Shown: positions 8,481-18,039 of the stretch, one piece after another
Numbering within the stretch: position 1 is the stretch's first letter
Layout of the letters: each line of letters starts with the position of its first letter
Source of the DNA: Ignavibacteria bacterium
Lineage (GTDB): Bacteria; Bacteroidota; Ignavibacteria; UBA10030
Direction of reading: 5' to 3'
Length of the DNA: 48,606 nucleotides
Assembly (NCBI GenBank): GCA_016873755.1
Contig: VGWB01000002.1
Span: 1 to 48,606 of the forward strand
Notes under the pieces: generated by a model
What the model was told of the DNA's origin: nothing
The model's input: the letters and a program-made list of their open reading frames with translations, nothing else
Database searches by the model: none
Position numbers and translations under genes: made by a program

Positions 8481-9368
8481 TCAGGGCTGGATGCTCGCTT
8501 TGGCCGCCTGCAGGGTGTTCTTGAGGAGCATGGTAATCGTCATCGGCCCTACGCCGCCGGGGACCGGGGTGATGGCCTTTGCCACCACGCTGGCCGATGC
8601 GTAATGGACATCGCCGACGATTCGATAGCCGTTTTTCGCGGACGGGTCGTCGACCCGGTTGGTGCCGACATCAATGACCACCGCGCCCTCTTTCAACATC
8701 GCTCCGGTGATAATCTCCGGTTTGCCTATGGCGGCTATGAGGATATCGGCCATCTTGGTGTAGACGGTGAGGTCCCTCGCTCCCGTGTGCGCGATCGTCA
8801 CGACGGCGTTCGCTCCAGACTGTTTCTGTAACAGGATGTTGACGATCGGTTTGCCGACGATGTTGCTGCGGCCGACGACGACCACGTGCTTTCCTGAAGG
8901 ATCGTTGCCACTCCGGATCAGAAGTTCTTGAATGCCGGCCGGTGTGCACGGCCGCATAGTATCCACCCCGATTACCAGCTTCCCGACGTTTGTAGGATGA
9001 AAGCCGTCGACATCCTTCCGCGGATCGACGCTCTCGATCACTCTGGCCTCGTTGATCTGCTTCGGCAATGGAAGCTGTACCAACACACCATGGACGCGGG
9101 GATCACGGTTGAACTCATCCACCTTCCGCAGCAGCTCCGCTTCCAGCGTTTCGGCCGGCATCCGCTCTGTCACCGAGTAGAACCCTATTTCCTCGCACGC
9201 TTTTCCCTTCATCCTGACGTACACCTGGGAGGCAGGATTGTCACCAACGAGAACAAACGCGAGCCCAGGCGCTATCCCATATGTCGCTTTGAGTCGTTCG
9301 GTCTCTTCCTTTACTTCCCGCCTGATCTCTTCGGCGATCTTCTTACCATCAATGATCTCTGCGGACAT
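8481..9368 (-). CDS. folD: Bifunctional 5,10-methylene-THF dehydrogenase / 5,10-methenyl-THF cyclohydrolase
   Basis: The start is taken at MSAEIIDGKKIAEEIR. Contains LAFVLVGDNPASQVYVRMK, VVVVGRSNIVGKP and PVPGGVGPMTITMLL. Confidence 0.93.
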   Translation of the reverse strand: MSAEIIDGKKIAEEIRREVKEETERLKATYGIAPGLAFVLVGDNPASQVYVRMKGKACEEIGFYSVTERMPAETLEAELLRKVDEFNRDPRVHGVLVQLPLPKQINEARVIESVDPRKDVDGFHPTNVGKLVIGVDTMRPCTPAGIQELLIRSGNDPSGKHVVVVGRSNIVGKPIVNILLQKQSGANAVVTIAHTGARDLTVYTKMADILIAAIGKPEIITGAMLKEGAVVIDVGTNRVDDPSAKNGYRIVGDVHYASASVVAKAITPVPGGVGPMTITMLLKNTLQAAKASIQP

Positions 9369-9473
9369 AGTTGTGTGCGTTGGTGAAATTGAGAAATCGT
9401 GGATCGGATGCGAGAATTGAACCTCCGGGCGGATCTGGCCCGGCATCTAGCATATCGCTACAGCGGTCGACAA

Positions 9474-10319
9474 CTATGAAAAGGCCGGGAATATCACCTG
9501 CTCGATTTTCGTAGCTTTGCCTGTCTCCAAATCCACTTGAAAATAGACTGCGCAGAAACGGACGTCGTGCTGGGCAAGCTCGAATTTGTACGGGACCTGG
9601 TGTTGGAAGCGCTTGATGGCAATTTCCTTCCTCATGCCGATTACGGAATCATAGGGCCCGGTCATTCCAACGTCGGTAATGTAAGCAGTACCCCTGGGCA
9701 AGATCCTTGCGTCTGAGGTCGGGATATGAGTGTGTGTACCGATAACAGCGCTGACGCGTCCCTCCAGATGCCAGGCCAACGCCATTTTTTCTGCAGTTGC
9801 TTCGGCATGCATGTCGACAACGATCACCTTCGTCTCGTTTGAAATTTTGCTGATCGCCCAATCGCCTGATTTGAACGGATCGTCGATCGGCTGCATGTAG
9901 GTGCGCCCCTGGAGGTTGATGACCCCGACGCGTCCCTTCTCTTTGATGTCATAGACCACGTACCCATACCCCGGATTCTCCTTCGGATAGTTCAGCGGGC
10001 GGAGGATGTTGCGTTCAGTGGCCAGGAGAGATTTCACCTGCCACCGATCCCAGATGTGATTTCCTGTCGTGATCACGTGAATTCCCATCTCAAAAAGCTC
10101 CTTGGCCTCCTGCTCCATGATGCTTTTTCCCTCGTTCACGTTTTCGCCGTTGGCAATACAGAAGTCGACCTCGTACTTCTTGACATACTGATTCAGGAGC
10201 TTTGAAGTGAGCGTGATTCCGGGGCGACCATTAATGTCGCCAATGAAGAATATGTTGAGCCGCTTCGACAACAGGTGTTCCTTCCAGACCGCATTATTCC
10301 TGGTGCAAGCTTCAATCAA
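9474..10319 (-). CDS. YmdB-family (TIGR00282) metallophosphoesterase
   Basis: LNIFFIGDINGRPG and ANGENVNEGKSI, plus GNHIWD and His-rich metal ligands. The TTG start is uncertain; an internal TTG at 10271 would give (M)SKRLNIFFIGD. Confidence 0.85.
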   Translation of the reverse strand: MIEACTRNNAVWKEHLLSKRLNIFFIGDINGRPGITLTSKLLNQYVKKYEVDFCIANGENVNEGKSIMEQEAKELFEMGIHVITTGNHIWDRWQVKSLLATERNILRPLNYPKENPGYGYVVYDIKEKGRVGVINLQGRTYMQPIDDPFKSGDWAISKISNETKVIVVDMHAEATAEKMALAWHLEGRVSAVIGTHTHIPTSDARILPRGTAYITDVGMTGPYDSVIGMRKEIAIKRFQHQVPYKFELAQHDVRFCAVYFQVDLETGKATKIEQVIFPAFS

Positions 10320-10390
10320 ATCACACTCAGGAAAACCGCCACAGCAATATAGAGCAAAAACGAGTCAAAGAAAAGTCGAAAAACGGAGAG

Positions 10391-10423
10391 AAACAAAAAC
10401 GGACGCCCGTTCGAGACGGACGC
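10391..10423 (-). terminator. Rho-independent terminator after the anti-sigma gene
   Basis: The minus strand reads GCGTCCGT-ctcga-ACGGGCGT (8 bp including G.U pairs), then ccgTTTTTGTTT. On the plus strand it appears as the direct repeat ACGGACGCCCGT x2. Confidence 0.5.
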
Positions 10424-10451
10424 CCGTCGTGAGAGCAGAGTTCTCCGGCAC

Positions 10452-11003
10452 TTACTTTCGCGCGCGGATCCTCGGCTGAATCAGCCACCGGTCTACTGCT
10501 CCAAGTGCGACGAGTGACAAAAGGGTCAGGAGAATCAACTTGATTGAACCGATTGCTCGCGGCTTGGGCGATAAGCTCTCCAGCTTTGTGGCTTGCACCT
10601 TCAGGAATTCCTGGACTTTCGCGTACAGATCGTCGCAAACTTTCACCATCTCTGTGATCATCGAGGGCTGCGTCGATGCACTCGAGTTCGACGACAGGAG
10701 TGCATACCCGAGAACTGCCAAGACAATCCCCATTGCGATGACGCCACCGGCATTGTTCATGATCGTTTGGATCCATCGACGCTGTCCCTTTGGAAGAATC
10801 CGCTGCATCACGCGGTCCGTGAACTTCCTTGTCGGAGCGTGAGGCGGCTGACGGCGCGCCGCCCCGACGAGGGTTCGGTGGAACTCGACCTCGGACCGGC
10901 ACCGACTGCATACTTCGAGATGTGCGATCACATGGGTTCTCTGCCCATCAAGGATCGTCCCATCAACGAACTCGAGTATCTCTCTGGTGGTCAGATGGTT
11001 CAT
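10452..11003 (-). CDS. Anti-sigma factor (zf-HC2 type), single-pass membrane protein
   Basis: 183 aa. N-terminal HLEVCSRCRSEVEF (H-x3-C-x2-C), a central TM helix, and location directly downstream of the ECF sigma gene. Confidence 0.65.
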   Translation of the reverse strand: MNHLTTREILEFVDGTILDGQRTHVIAHLEVCSRCRSEVEFHRTLVGAARRQPPHAPTRKFTDRVMQRILPKGQRRWIQTIMNNAGGVIAMGIVLAVLGYALLSSNSSASTQPSMITEMVKVCDDLYAKVQEFLKVQATKLESLSPKPRAIGSIKLILLTLLSLVALGAVDRWLIQPRIRARK

Positions 11004-11039
11004 AAAGAGTGACTCCTTGGCTAGACCTCCTTCGTGAAA

Positions 11040-11618
11040 TCAAATGGCCGCGGATTGCCTCACTCCCAGACGCCGACCCACGGCAAGCCGGAGCATCGTA
11101 CGGGCTCGAAACAGCCGAACCTTCACTGTGCCGAGGGGAAGTCCCGTGACTTCGACGATCACTTCGTAGCCCATTTCCTGGATACAGAACAGCGTCAGGA
11201 TCGTCGCATACAGCGGCGGGAGTTTCTCAATCTCGTCGAAAACGATGCTCTGAAACTCGCGCGACTCATATTCGACGTCGGGTGGAGCATCTGCACTTGG
11301 GGCATCAAGACTCCGTTCGTCATCTTCTCCCAACGCAAGGTGAGGCAAGTCCCCCTTCTTACCAAGCGCTGTCATACATACATTGCATACGATTCGGTAC
11401 AGCCACGTCGAGAAACTCGCTTTCCACTCGAAACGGGGCAGCGCTTGAAATGCCCGCACGAACGCATCCTGAATGGCCTCTTCGGCATCCTCCCGATTCC
11501 TGAGCATGCGCATCGCCAGCGTCATCGCCCTATCTTTATGACGGTCGATGAGCTCAGCGAGCGCCCGCTTCTCACCGGCGAGAATCTGCCGGATCATTTC
11601 CTGATCAGGCTTTGACAT
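11040..11618 (-). CDS. ECF-type RNA polymerase sigma-70 family factor
   Basis: The start is taken at MSKPDQEMIRQILAGEKRALAELIDRH. Region 2 (DAEEAIQDAFVRAF...FSTWLYRIVCN) and region 4 (GLPLGTVKVRLFRAR) are present. The 292-aa ORF-track form carries an implausible N-terminal extension. Confidence 0.88.
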   Translation of the reverse strand: MSKPDQEMIRQILAGEKRALAELIDRHKDRAMTLAMRMLRNREDAEEAIQDAFVRAFQALPRFEWKASFSTWLYRIVCNVCMTALGKKGDLPHLALGEDDERSLDAPSADAPPDVEYESREFQSIVFDEIEKLPPLYATILTLFCIQEMGYEVIVEVTGLPLGTVKVRLFRARTMLRLAVGRRLGVRQSAAI

Positions 11619-11646
11619 CACGTTCCCGTGCAAGACCTTGCACTTT

Positions 11647-11677
11647 CTTAGACCGCCGACGAGGACACAAGGTTTCA
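11647..11677 (-). promoter_or_regulatory. Putative ECF-type autoregulated promoter of the sigma/anti-sigma operon
   Basis: The minus strand reads TGAAACCTT, with 17 nt between TGAAAC and GGTC, then GGTCTAAG. The -10 lies about 30 nt upstream of the ATG at 11618. It resembles the -35 GGAAC / -10 GTCTAA classes of ECF promoters. Confidence 0.45.
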
Positions 11678-11696
11678 TGCCAGACTCTCGCGGCGG

Positions 11697-11727
11697 TGAA
11701 ACCTTTGCAGCAGAATCTGGGTCAAAG
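11697..11727 (+). promoter_or_regulatory. Putative ECF-type promoter of the divergent membrane-protein gene
   Basis: The plus strand reads TGAAACCTT, the same 17-nt spacing, then GGTCAAAG. It is near-identical to the motif on the opposite strand 20 nt away. Confidence 0.45.
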
Positions 11728-11784
11728 ATACCAAAGGCCTTGACCAACGTCAATTCACCACCTCGAAGAAAGGAGCTCAACAAG

Positions 11785-12132
11785 ATGGAAGGCGTCCTCA
11801 TTGTATTGATTATCTTCGGCTCGACGGGTCTTGTCGTGTGGAGATGGCTCGAGATCCGCCAGAAGGTGCTCATCACAATGCTCGAGAAGGGCGTTAGCCC
11901 CTCCGAGTTCAAAAACATCGCTACGAAGCATCTCTTTAAGCCAAGCCCGCTCTCAAGCCTGAAATGGGGATTGCTGGCAATGTTTGTGGGGATCGGCTTG
12001 ATCGTGGCAAACTGGCTGGATCAGAGCTACATTGTTCACGATTCGATCTATGTCTCAAGCATGCTTCTGTTTGGCGGCCTCGCCCTCATCATTTTCTACT
12101 TCATTGCGGCCAAGAAGATGAAGCAAGAATAG
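11785..12132 (+). CDS. Small three-TM membrane protein of unknown function
   Basis: The start is taken at MEGVLIVLIIFGS, preceded by AAGGAG. The 164-aa ORF-track form overlaps the sigma promoter region. Confidence 0.7.
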   Translation: MEGVLIVLIIFGSTGLVVWRWLEIRQKVLITMLEKGVSPSEFKNIATKHLFKPSPLSSLKWGLLAMFVGIGLIVANWLDQSYIVHDSIYVSSMLLFGGLALIIFYFIAAKKMKQE

Positions 12133-12153
12133 GAGTATCGTCTCTCTTCTGAG

Positions 12154-12190
12154 AAAGAGGTCGGGCAGTTGTCCGACCTCTTTTCGTTTA
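12154..12190 (+). terminator. Rho-independent terminator
   Basis: AGAGGTCGG(g)-loop-CCGACCTCT, a 9-10-bp stem (12156-12181), followed by TTTTCGTTT. Confidence 0.7.
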
Positions 12191-12311
12191 CCGGGACTAT
12201 CATAACAGCACTCCGGATGATGGGGCCGAATATTCGGCAGAGATTATTGTATCATGCTGGAGAGCCGGCACGAATGAACTCGATATTCACACAATTTCAA
12301 GGACTAACCCC

Positions 12312-14054
12312 ATGGAATGGTCGCTTCGGTCTGCGCTCCTCTGCACAGTGTTCCTACCGGCATTACTCTTCTCACAGAAGTCCCTCACCGGCAAATGGGA
12401 AGGGGCAATCCAAATCGCCGGTCAGGAACTGACAATACTCGTCGATTTCCAGAACGATTCCACGGCGACAATCGATATCCCCCAGCAAAGCGCGAAGGGT
12501 TTGAAACTTACCAACGTGCGCTTCCAGGATCCCGTCGTGCACTTCGAGTTACCGGCGGGACCGGGCCTCGCGGTGTTCGACGGCAGAATCAAGGAAGATG
12601 TCGTCACCGGCGAATTCACCCAGGCCGGGATGAAGGGAACATTCGAACTGAAGCGCGGCGAGGCGATCAGAGTACAGTCTTTCGACGAGGCTCCAATCCA
12701 GTTCCGACCCATTCTCGGTACATGGAATGGCGCCATCAACATCATGGGTCAATCGCTGGCAATCCTGGTGCATTTCAAGAGCGTCGCGAATGAACTGAAA
12801 GCGACGATCGACATTCCTCCACAGAACGCCTACGGATTGAACTTGAAGGACGTCAGGTATGAATCCCCGAAGATCCGCTTCGAGCTTCCGGCGGGACCGG
12901 GGCTCGCCGTCTTCGATGGCGAATTGAAGGACGAATCCATAGTCGGCAGTTTCACGCAGGCAGGAATGACCGGTACGTTTTCGTTGACGCGCGGACAACC
13001 ATTGGAGGAAGAGAAGGCAGTCGAGGAACCTCCCCCCTACAAGGAAGAAGAGGTTACGTTCTCCAACGACACGCTGAAATTCGCCGGGACTCTGACGATC
13101 CCATCGAAGCCGGGTCACCACCCTGCCGTCGTCATGATCACAGGAAGCGGACCACAGAATAGGGATGAAGAGCTCTTCGGGTTCAAGCCATTCAAAATTA
13201 TCGCCGATCACTTCACGAGGAATGGCATTGCCGTCCTGCGGTACGACGACCGGGGTGTCGGTGGCTCCGGCGGCAGCACGATGCAGTCCACAACGAGCGA
13301 TTTCGCAGACGATGTCATCGCGGCCGTGAAATACCTCCAGTCACGAACCGATATCAACCCGAAACAAATCGGGCTGTGCGGGCACAGCGAAGGAGGCCTG
13401 GTCGCTCCGCTGGCGAGTAATCGCTATGAGGACATTGCTTATATCATCCTGATGTCGGGTCCGGGAGTGGATGGCTCTCAGATCCTGTTGGCCCAGTCTG
13501 AGCTCATCCTCCGTGCCGACAGCACGAGTGAACCCGCTATCGCGGAAGCGCTTGAGCTCAACAAGAAGATCTATGCAGCAATCAGGGAGGGGAAGGACAT
13601 CGGCGTATATCGTGAGGAGATTCGCGCAGCGCTACGGAAGGAACTTGACCAGATGAATCCGGAACAGCGTAAGTCCATAACAGATGCAGATCAGTACCTG
13701 AAGATGCGACTGGAGGCGCAGATGAGGCAGGTGGAGAGCCCGTGGTTCAGATTCTTCGTCAACTACAATCCTGCGCCGGCGCTCACGCAGGTGAAATGCC
13801 CTATCCTTGCTCTCTTCGGAGAGCTGGACCTTCAGGTTCCTGCTGAACTCAACAAAGAAGCCATGGAGCGAGCGCTGAAAAACGGGAGTACCAAAGACTA
13901 CACTTTCAAGGTGTTCCCCAAGACGAATCATCTTTTCCTTTCAGCAACGACCGGGAGTCCACGCGAGTATGTATCGTTGAAGAAGGATTTCGTGCAGGGA
14001 TTCCTCGAGACGATGAGCGACTGGATTGCGAAACGTGTTACAATTGTTCGGTAA
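12312..14054 (+). CDS. Secreted alpha/beta-hydrolase (S9/dienelactone-hydrolase-like) with a duplicated N-terminal domain
   Basis: 580 aa with a signal peptide. Two ~95-aa repeats, then a hydrolase core with the GHSEGG nucleophile elbow. Confidence 0.85.
   Translation: MEWSLRSALLCTVFLPALLFSQKSLTGKWEGAIQIAGQELTILVDFQNDSTATIDIPQQSAKGLKLTNVRFQDPVVHFELPAGPGLAVFDGRIKEDVVTGEFTQAGMKGTFELKRGEAIRVQSFDEAPIQFRPILGTWNGAINIMGQSLAILVHFKSVANELKATIDIPPQNAYGLNLKDVRYESPKIRFELPAGPGLAVFDGELKDESIVGSFTQAGMTGTFSLTRGQPLEEEKAVEEPPPYKEEEVTFSNDTLKFAGTLTIPSKPGHHPAVVMITGSGPQNRDEELFGFKPFKIIADHFTRNGIAVLRYDDRGVGGSGGSTMQSTTSDFADDVIAAVKYLQSRTDINPKQIGLCGHSEGGLVAPLASNRYEDIAYIILMSGPGVDGSQILLAQSELILRADSTSEPAIAEALELNKKIYAAIREGKDIGVYREEIRAALRKELDQMNPEQRKSITDADQYLKMRLEAQMRQVESPWFRFFVNYNPAPALTQVKCPILALFGELDLQVPAELNKEAMERALKNGSTKDYTFKVFPKTNHLFLSATTGSPREYVSLKKDFVQGFLETMSDWIAKRVTIVR
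12384..12998 (+). repeat. Intragenic tandem duplication (two ~280-nt units, 12384-12662 and 12711-12998)
   Basis: Protein units share GxWxGAIxIxGQxLxILVxF...TIDIPxQxAxGLxLxxVR...FELPAGPGLAVFDGxxKxxxxxGxFTQAGMxGTFxLxRG. The similarity is also visible at DNA level (ttcgag.t.ccggcgggaccgg.gctcgc). Confidence 0.8.
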
Positions 14055-14082
14055 AAGCGTCACAATTTCAGGGAGAACCTCA

Positions 14083-15405
14083 ATGGGACATCGGATTGGC
14101 TTGCAGATCGCGGCCGTCTGGGTGCTCTGCTGCACACTTCAGTTCTCAGGGCAGGGACAGACACCGCGTGATACTGGAATAACCGTTATCCACGCCGGAA
14201 GACTCTTTGACAGCGAGCGGGGGCTTTTTGTCACCAACAGGGATATCGTGATCAAGAACAATCGCGTTGATGCGGTCGGAGAAGACCTGGCTGTACCAAC
14301 AGGGGCACGCGAGATCGACCTGCGCGGCCTCTCCATTCTTCCAGGCCTGATCGACGTGCACGTGCACCTTCTGTACCTGGAGGATGTCGTCAAAGGCTCG
14401 TTTTCCGAAGGCGTCAACGCCGTCGTGAAAGAAGGCACACCGCTGCGTGCGTTGCACGGCGCAGCCCGCGCTCGAACGTTCCTCTCCGCCGGAATCACCA
14501 CTGTTCGCGATCTTGGAAACTCCGGTCAATTCGGCGACATCGCCCTCCGGGACGCCATCAACGACGGGAGCCTCGATGGGCCGCGCATGCTTGTTTCGGG
14601 ACCGGGCCTTAGTCCGGAAGGTGGGCAATTCCCCGGGTTGCAGCAGAAACACAAAGCGATCGCCGAGGAAGAGTATCGTATAGTCCGGGGACCCGAAGAC
14701 GCGGCTCTCGCCGTACGCGAAAATGTCATCTACGGTGCGAACCTGATCAAGATCTACTCGAACAACACGCCAAACCGCGCGTACCTTTCGCTGGCCGAAA
14801 TGCAGTCGATCGTGGAAGAGGCAAAGATGTTGGGGGTTAAGGTCGCAGCTCACGCAACTAACAACGCAGCCGTTTGGCGCGCGGCGCAGGCAGGCGTCAG
14901 TTCGATTGAGCATGGCTACCAAGTGGAAGACTCGACACTGTCGCTCATGAAACAGCGCGGCGTCGTCTTTGTACCAACGGATGTCGATAGTGCGACCATC
15001 TCAGCGCTCATGGAACGGGCCCCAGCTGAAGAGAAACCACCCGAAGGTTGGATACAGCAGTATCTCAATCGCAGTCGTAATCGCTTGCAGCGCGCATTGA
15101 AAGCGGGTGTCACCATTGCTGCAGGCTCGGATATGTATGTCAAAACCGGCCGCACACAGGGGGAGGCAGCGAAGCGAGTGCTCTTCGCTTACGCGGATGC
15201 CGGGATGCCTCCGCTCCAGATTCTTCAGGCAGCAACATGGAATGCGGCAGAGCTGTTAGGTGCGAAGAACAGGCTCGGTGTAATCAAAGCGGGCGCTTTC
15301 GCTGACATCATCGCCGTTGATGGGAATCCGGATTTGGACATCCACGCCATTGAGAAAGTCCGCTTTGTGATGAAAGATGGAACGATCTATGTTGGAAAGA
15401 AATGA
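14083..15405 (+). CDS. Amidohydrolase-family metal-dependent hydrolase (secreted)
   Basis: The start is taken at MGHRIGLQIAAVWVLCC, which avoids overlap with the upstream gene. Contains LPGLIDVHVHL (HxH), AAHA, SIEHG and AAGSDM metal-ligand motifs. Confidence 0.88.
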   Translation: MGHRIGLQIAAVWVLCCTLQFSGQGQTPRDTGITVIHAGRLFDSERGLFVTNRDIVIKNNRVDAVGEDLAVPTGAREIDLRGLSILPGLIDVHVHLLYLEDVVKGSFSEGVNAVVKEGTPLRALHGAARARTFLSAGITTVRDLGNSGQFGDIALRDAINDGSLDGPRMLVSGPGLSPEGGQFPGLQQKHKAIAEEEYRIVRGPEDAALAVRENVIYGANLIKIYSNNTPNRAYLSLAEMQSIVEEAKMLGVKVAAHATNNAAVWRAAQAGVSSIEHGYQVEDSTLSLMKQRGVVFVPTDVDSATISALMERAPAEEKPPEGWIQQYLNRSRNRLQRALKAGVTIAAGSDMYVKTGRTQGEAAKRVLFAYADAGMPPLQILQAATWNAAELLGAKNRLGVIKAGAFADIIAVDGNPDLDIHAIEKVRFVMKDGTIYVGKK

Positions 15406-15437
15406 GTGTTGAGTCTTATGTGAGCTTAGCACAGGTG

Positions 15438-15468
15438 AAGGCCGGACGAAGAGTCCGGCTTTCTCATT
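15438..15468 (+). terminator. Rho-independent terminator
   Basis: GCCGGAC-gaaga-GTCCGGC (15441-15459) followed by TTTCTCATT. Confidence 0.7.
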
Positions 15469-15644
15469 CCTGCGAGACGGCTAATTCCCATCGCATAATC
15501 CAGTTGCGGCAATCGCTGCAGAGCCCACACGCATCTCGCCGTCGGTAATTTCCTTCCTTTCTGAAGAAAAAATGTTCATATTACGTGCCCGTCGATGAGC
15601 GAAACTTGATATTCTAACAAATCCCCCAAAGAAGGAGTAGGAAA

Positions 15645-16499
15645 ATGCATCTGACCACCGCCAGGATCATCGGCATGCTCGCCCTTTCCACTGCCATCGT
15701 CTCGGCGTGCCTCAGCGGAGAGAAGTTGCGCTACGCCATGAGCAAAGGCTCAACGTACGCATACTTGCTGACTCAAGAATCGAAAGCCGCTGGCAATATG
15801 ATGGGCCAGGAATTCAAGTCCACCTCAACCGCCAAGTTCTGGCTTTCGTTGCATGTGCAGGGAATCGGGAAGGATGGGGAGTTCATCTGTGTCGGGAAGA
15901 TCGATACGGCGATCATGAGTGTCGAGTCTCCCATGATGAGGGACACGGCTCTGATTCCGAGTGAGTTCTTCGGCAAGCGGGTAGGAGTAACCCTCAGCCC
16001 TACCGGAAAGACCTTGAGCGCGAGCCCGATCGACACCGTTCCGCCGGTACAAAGGTTGGCAATGCTGGGGATGTCGGGCCCTGCAGATATCTTCCGACGA
16101 ATCCTTTTCGAACTCCCCGAACAGGAGGTCGCGATCGGCGACAGCTGGAAGAATACGCGACCGGATACTTCGAGACGGATGAATATTCAGATCATTGTCA
16201 AGCCAAACACACAATACAAGATAGCCGGGACAGAGAAGGTTGGAGCGTTGGAATGCTACAAGATCGATACCGAAGGCACGGCCTCGCAATACGGTACCGG
16301 GCAGGTACAAGGCATGGAGATCGTCATAGACGGAACGATCAAGTCGAAGGGTACAATCCACTTCGCTCTGAAGGAAGGTTTGCTTGTTGGAATTGATCAA
16401 ACCACCAACGTCGAGGCAACGACATCCGGAACCGGCGAGCAGATGTTCACTCAGACAACGTCCAGCGAACAGAAAACGACGATAAAGCTCATCCGGTAG
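15645..16499 (+). CDS. Hypothetical lipoprotein
   Basis: 284 aa. Signal peptide with lipobox-like IVSAC. RBS GAAGGAG upstream. No motif I can name. Confidence 0.7.
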   Translation: MHLTTARIIGMLALSTAIVSACLSGEKLRYAMSKGSTYAYLLTQESKAAGNMMGQEFKSTSTAKFWLSLHVQGIGKDGEFICVGKIDTAIMSVESPMMRDTALIPSEFFGKRVGVTLSPTGKTLSASPIDTVPPVQRLAMLGMSGPADIFRRILFELPEQEVAIGDSWKNTRPDTSRRMNIQIIVKPNTQYKIAGTEKVGALECYKIDTEGTASQYGTGQVQGMEIVIDGTIKSKGTIHFALKEGLLVGIDQTTNVEATTSGTGEQMFTQTTSSEQKTTIKLIR

Positions 16500-16554
16500 A
16501 AGCGACGGCTCAGATCAGCAAGACTCGTATCAGTTCACCGCTCGAGGTCAATCC

Positions 16555-17988
<1,434 letters not shown>

Positions 17989-18039
17989 TAGGCTGGGACA
18001 TTCTTCGCTGCGCACGGCCACTCGTAAGGGAGTCTTCAC

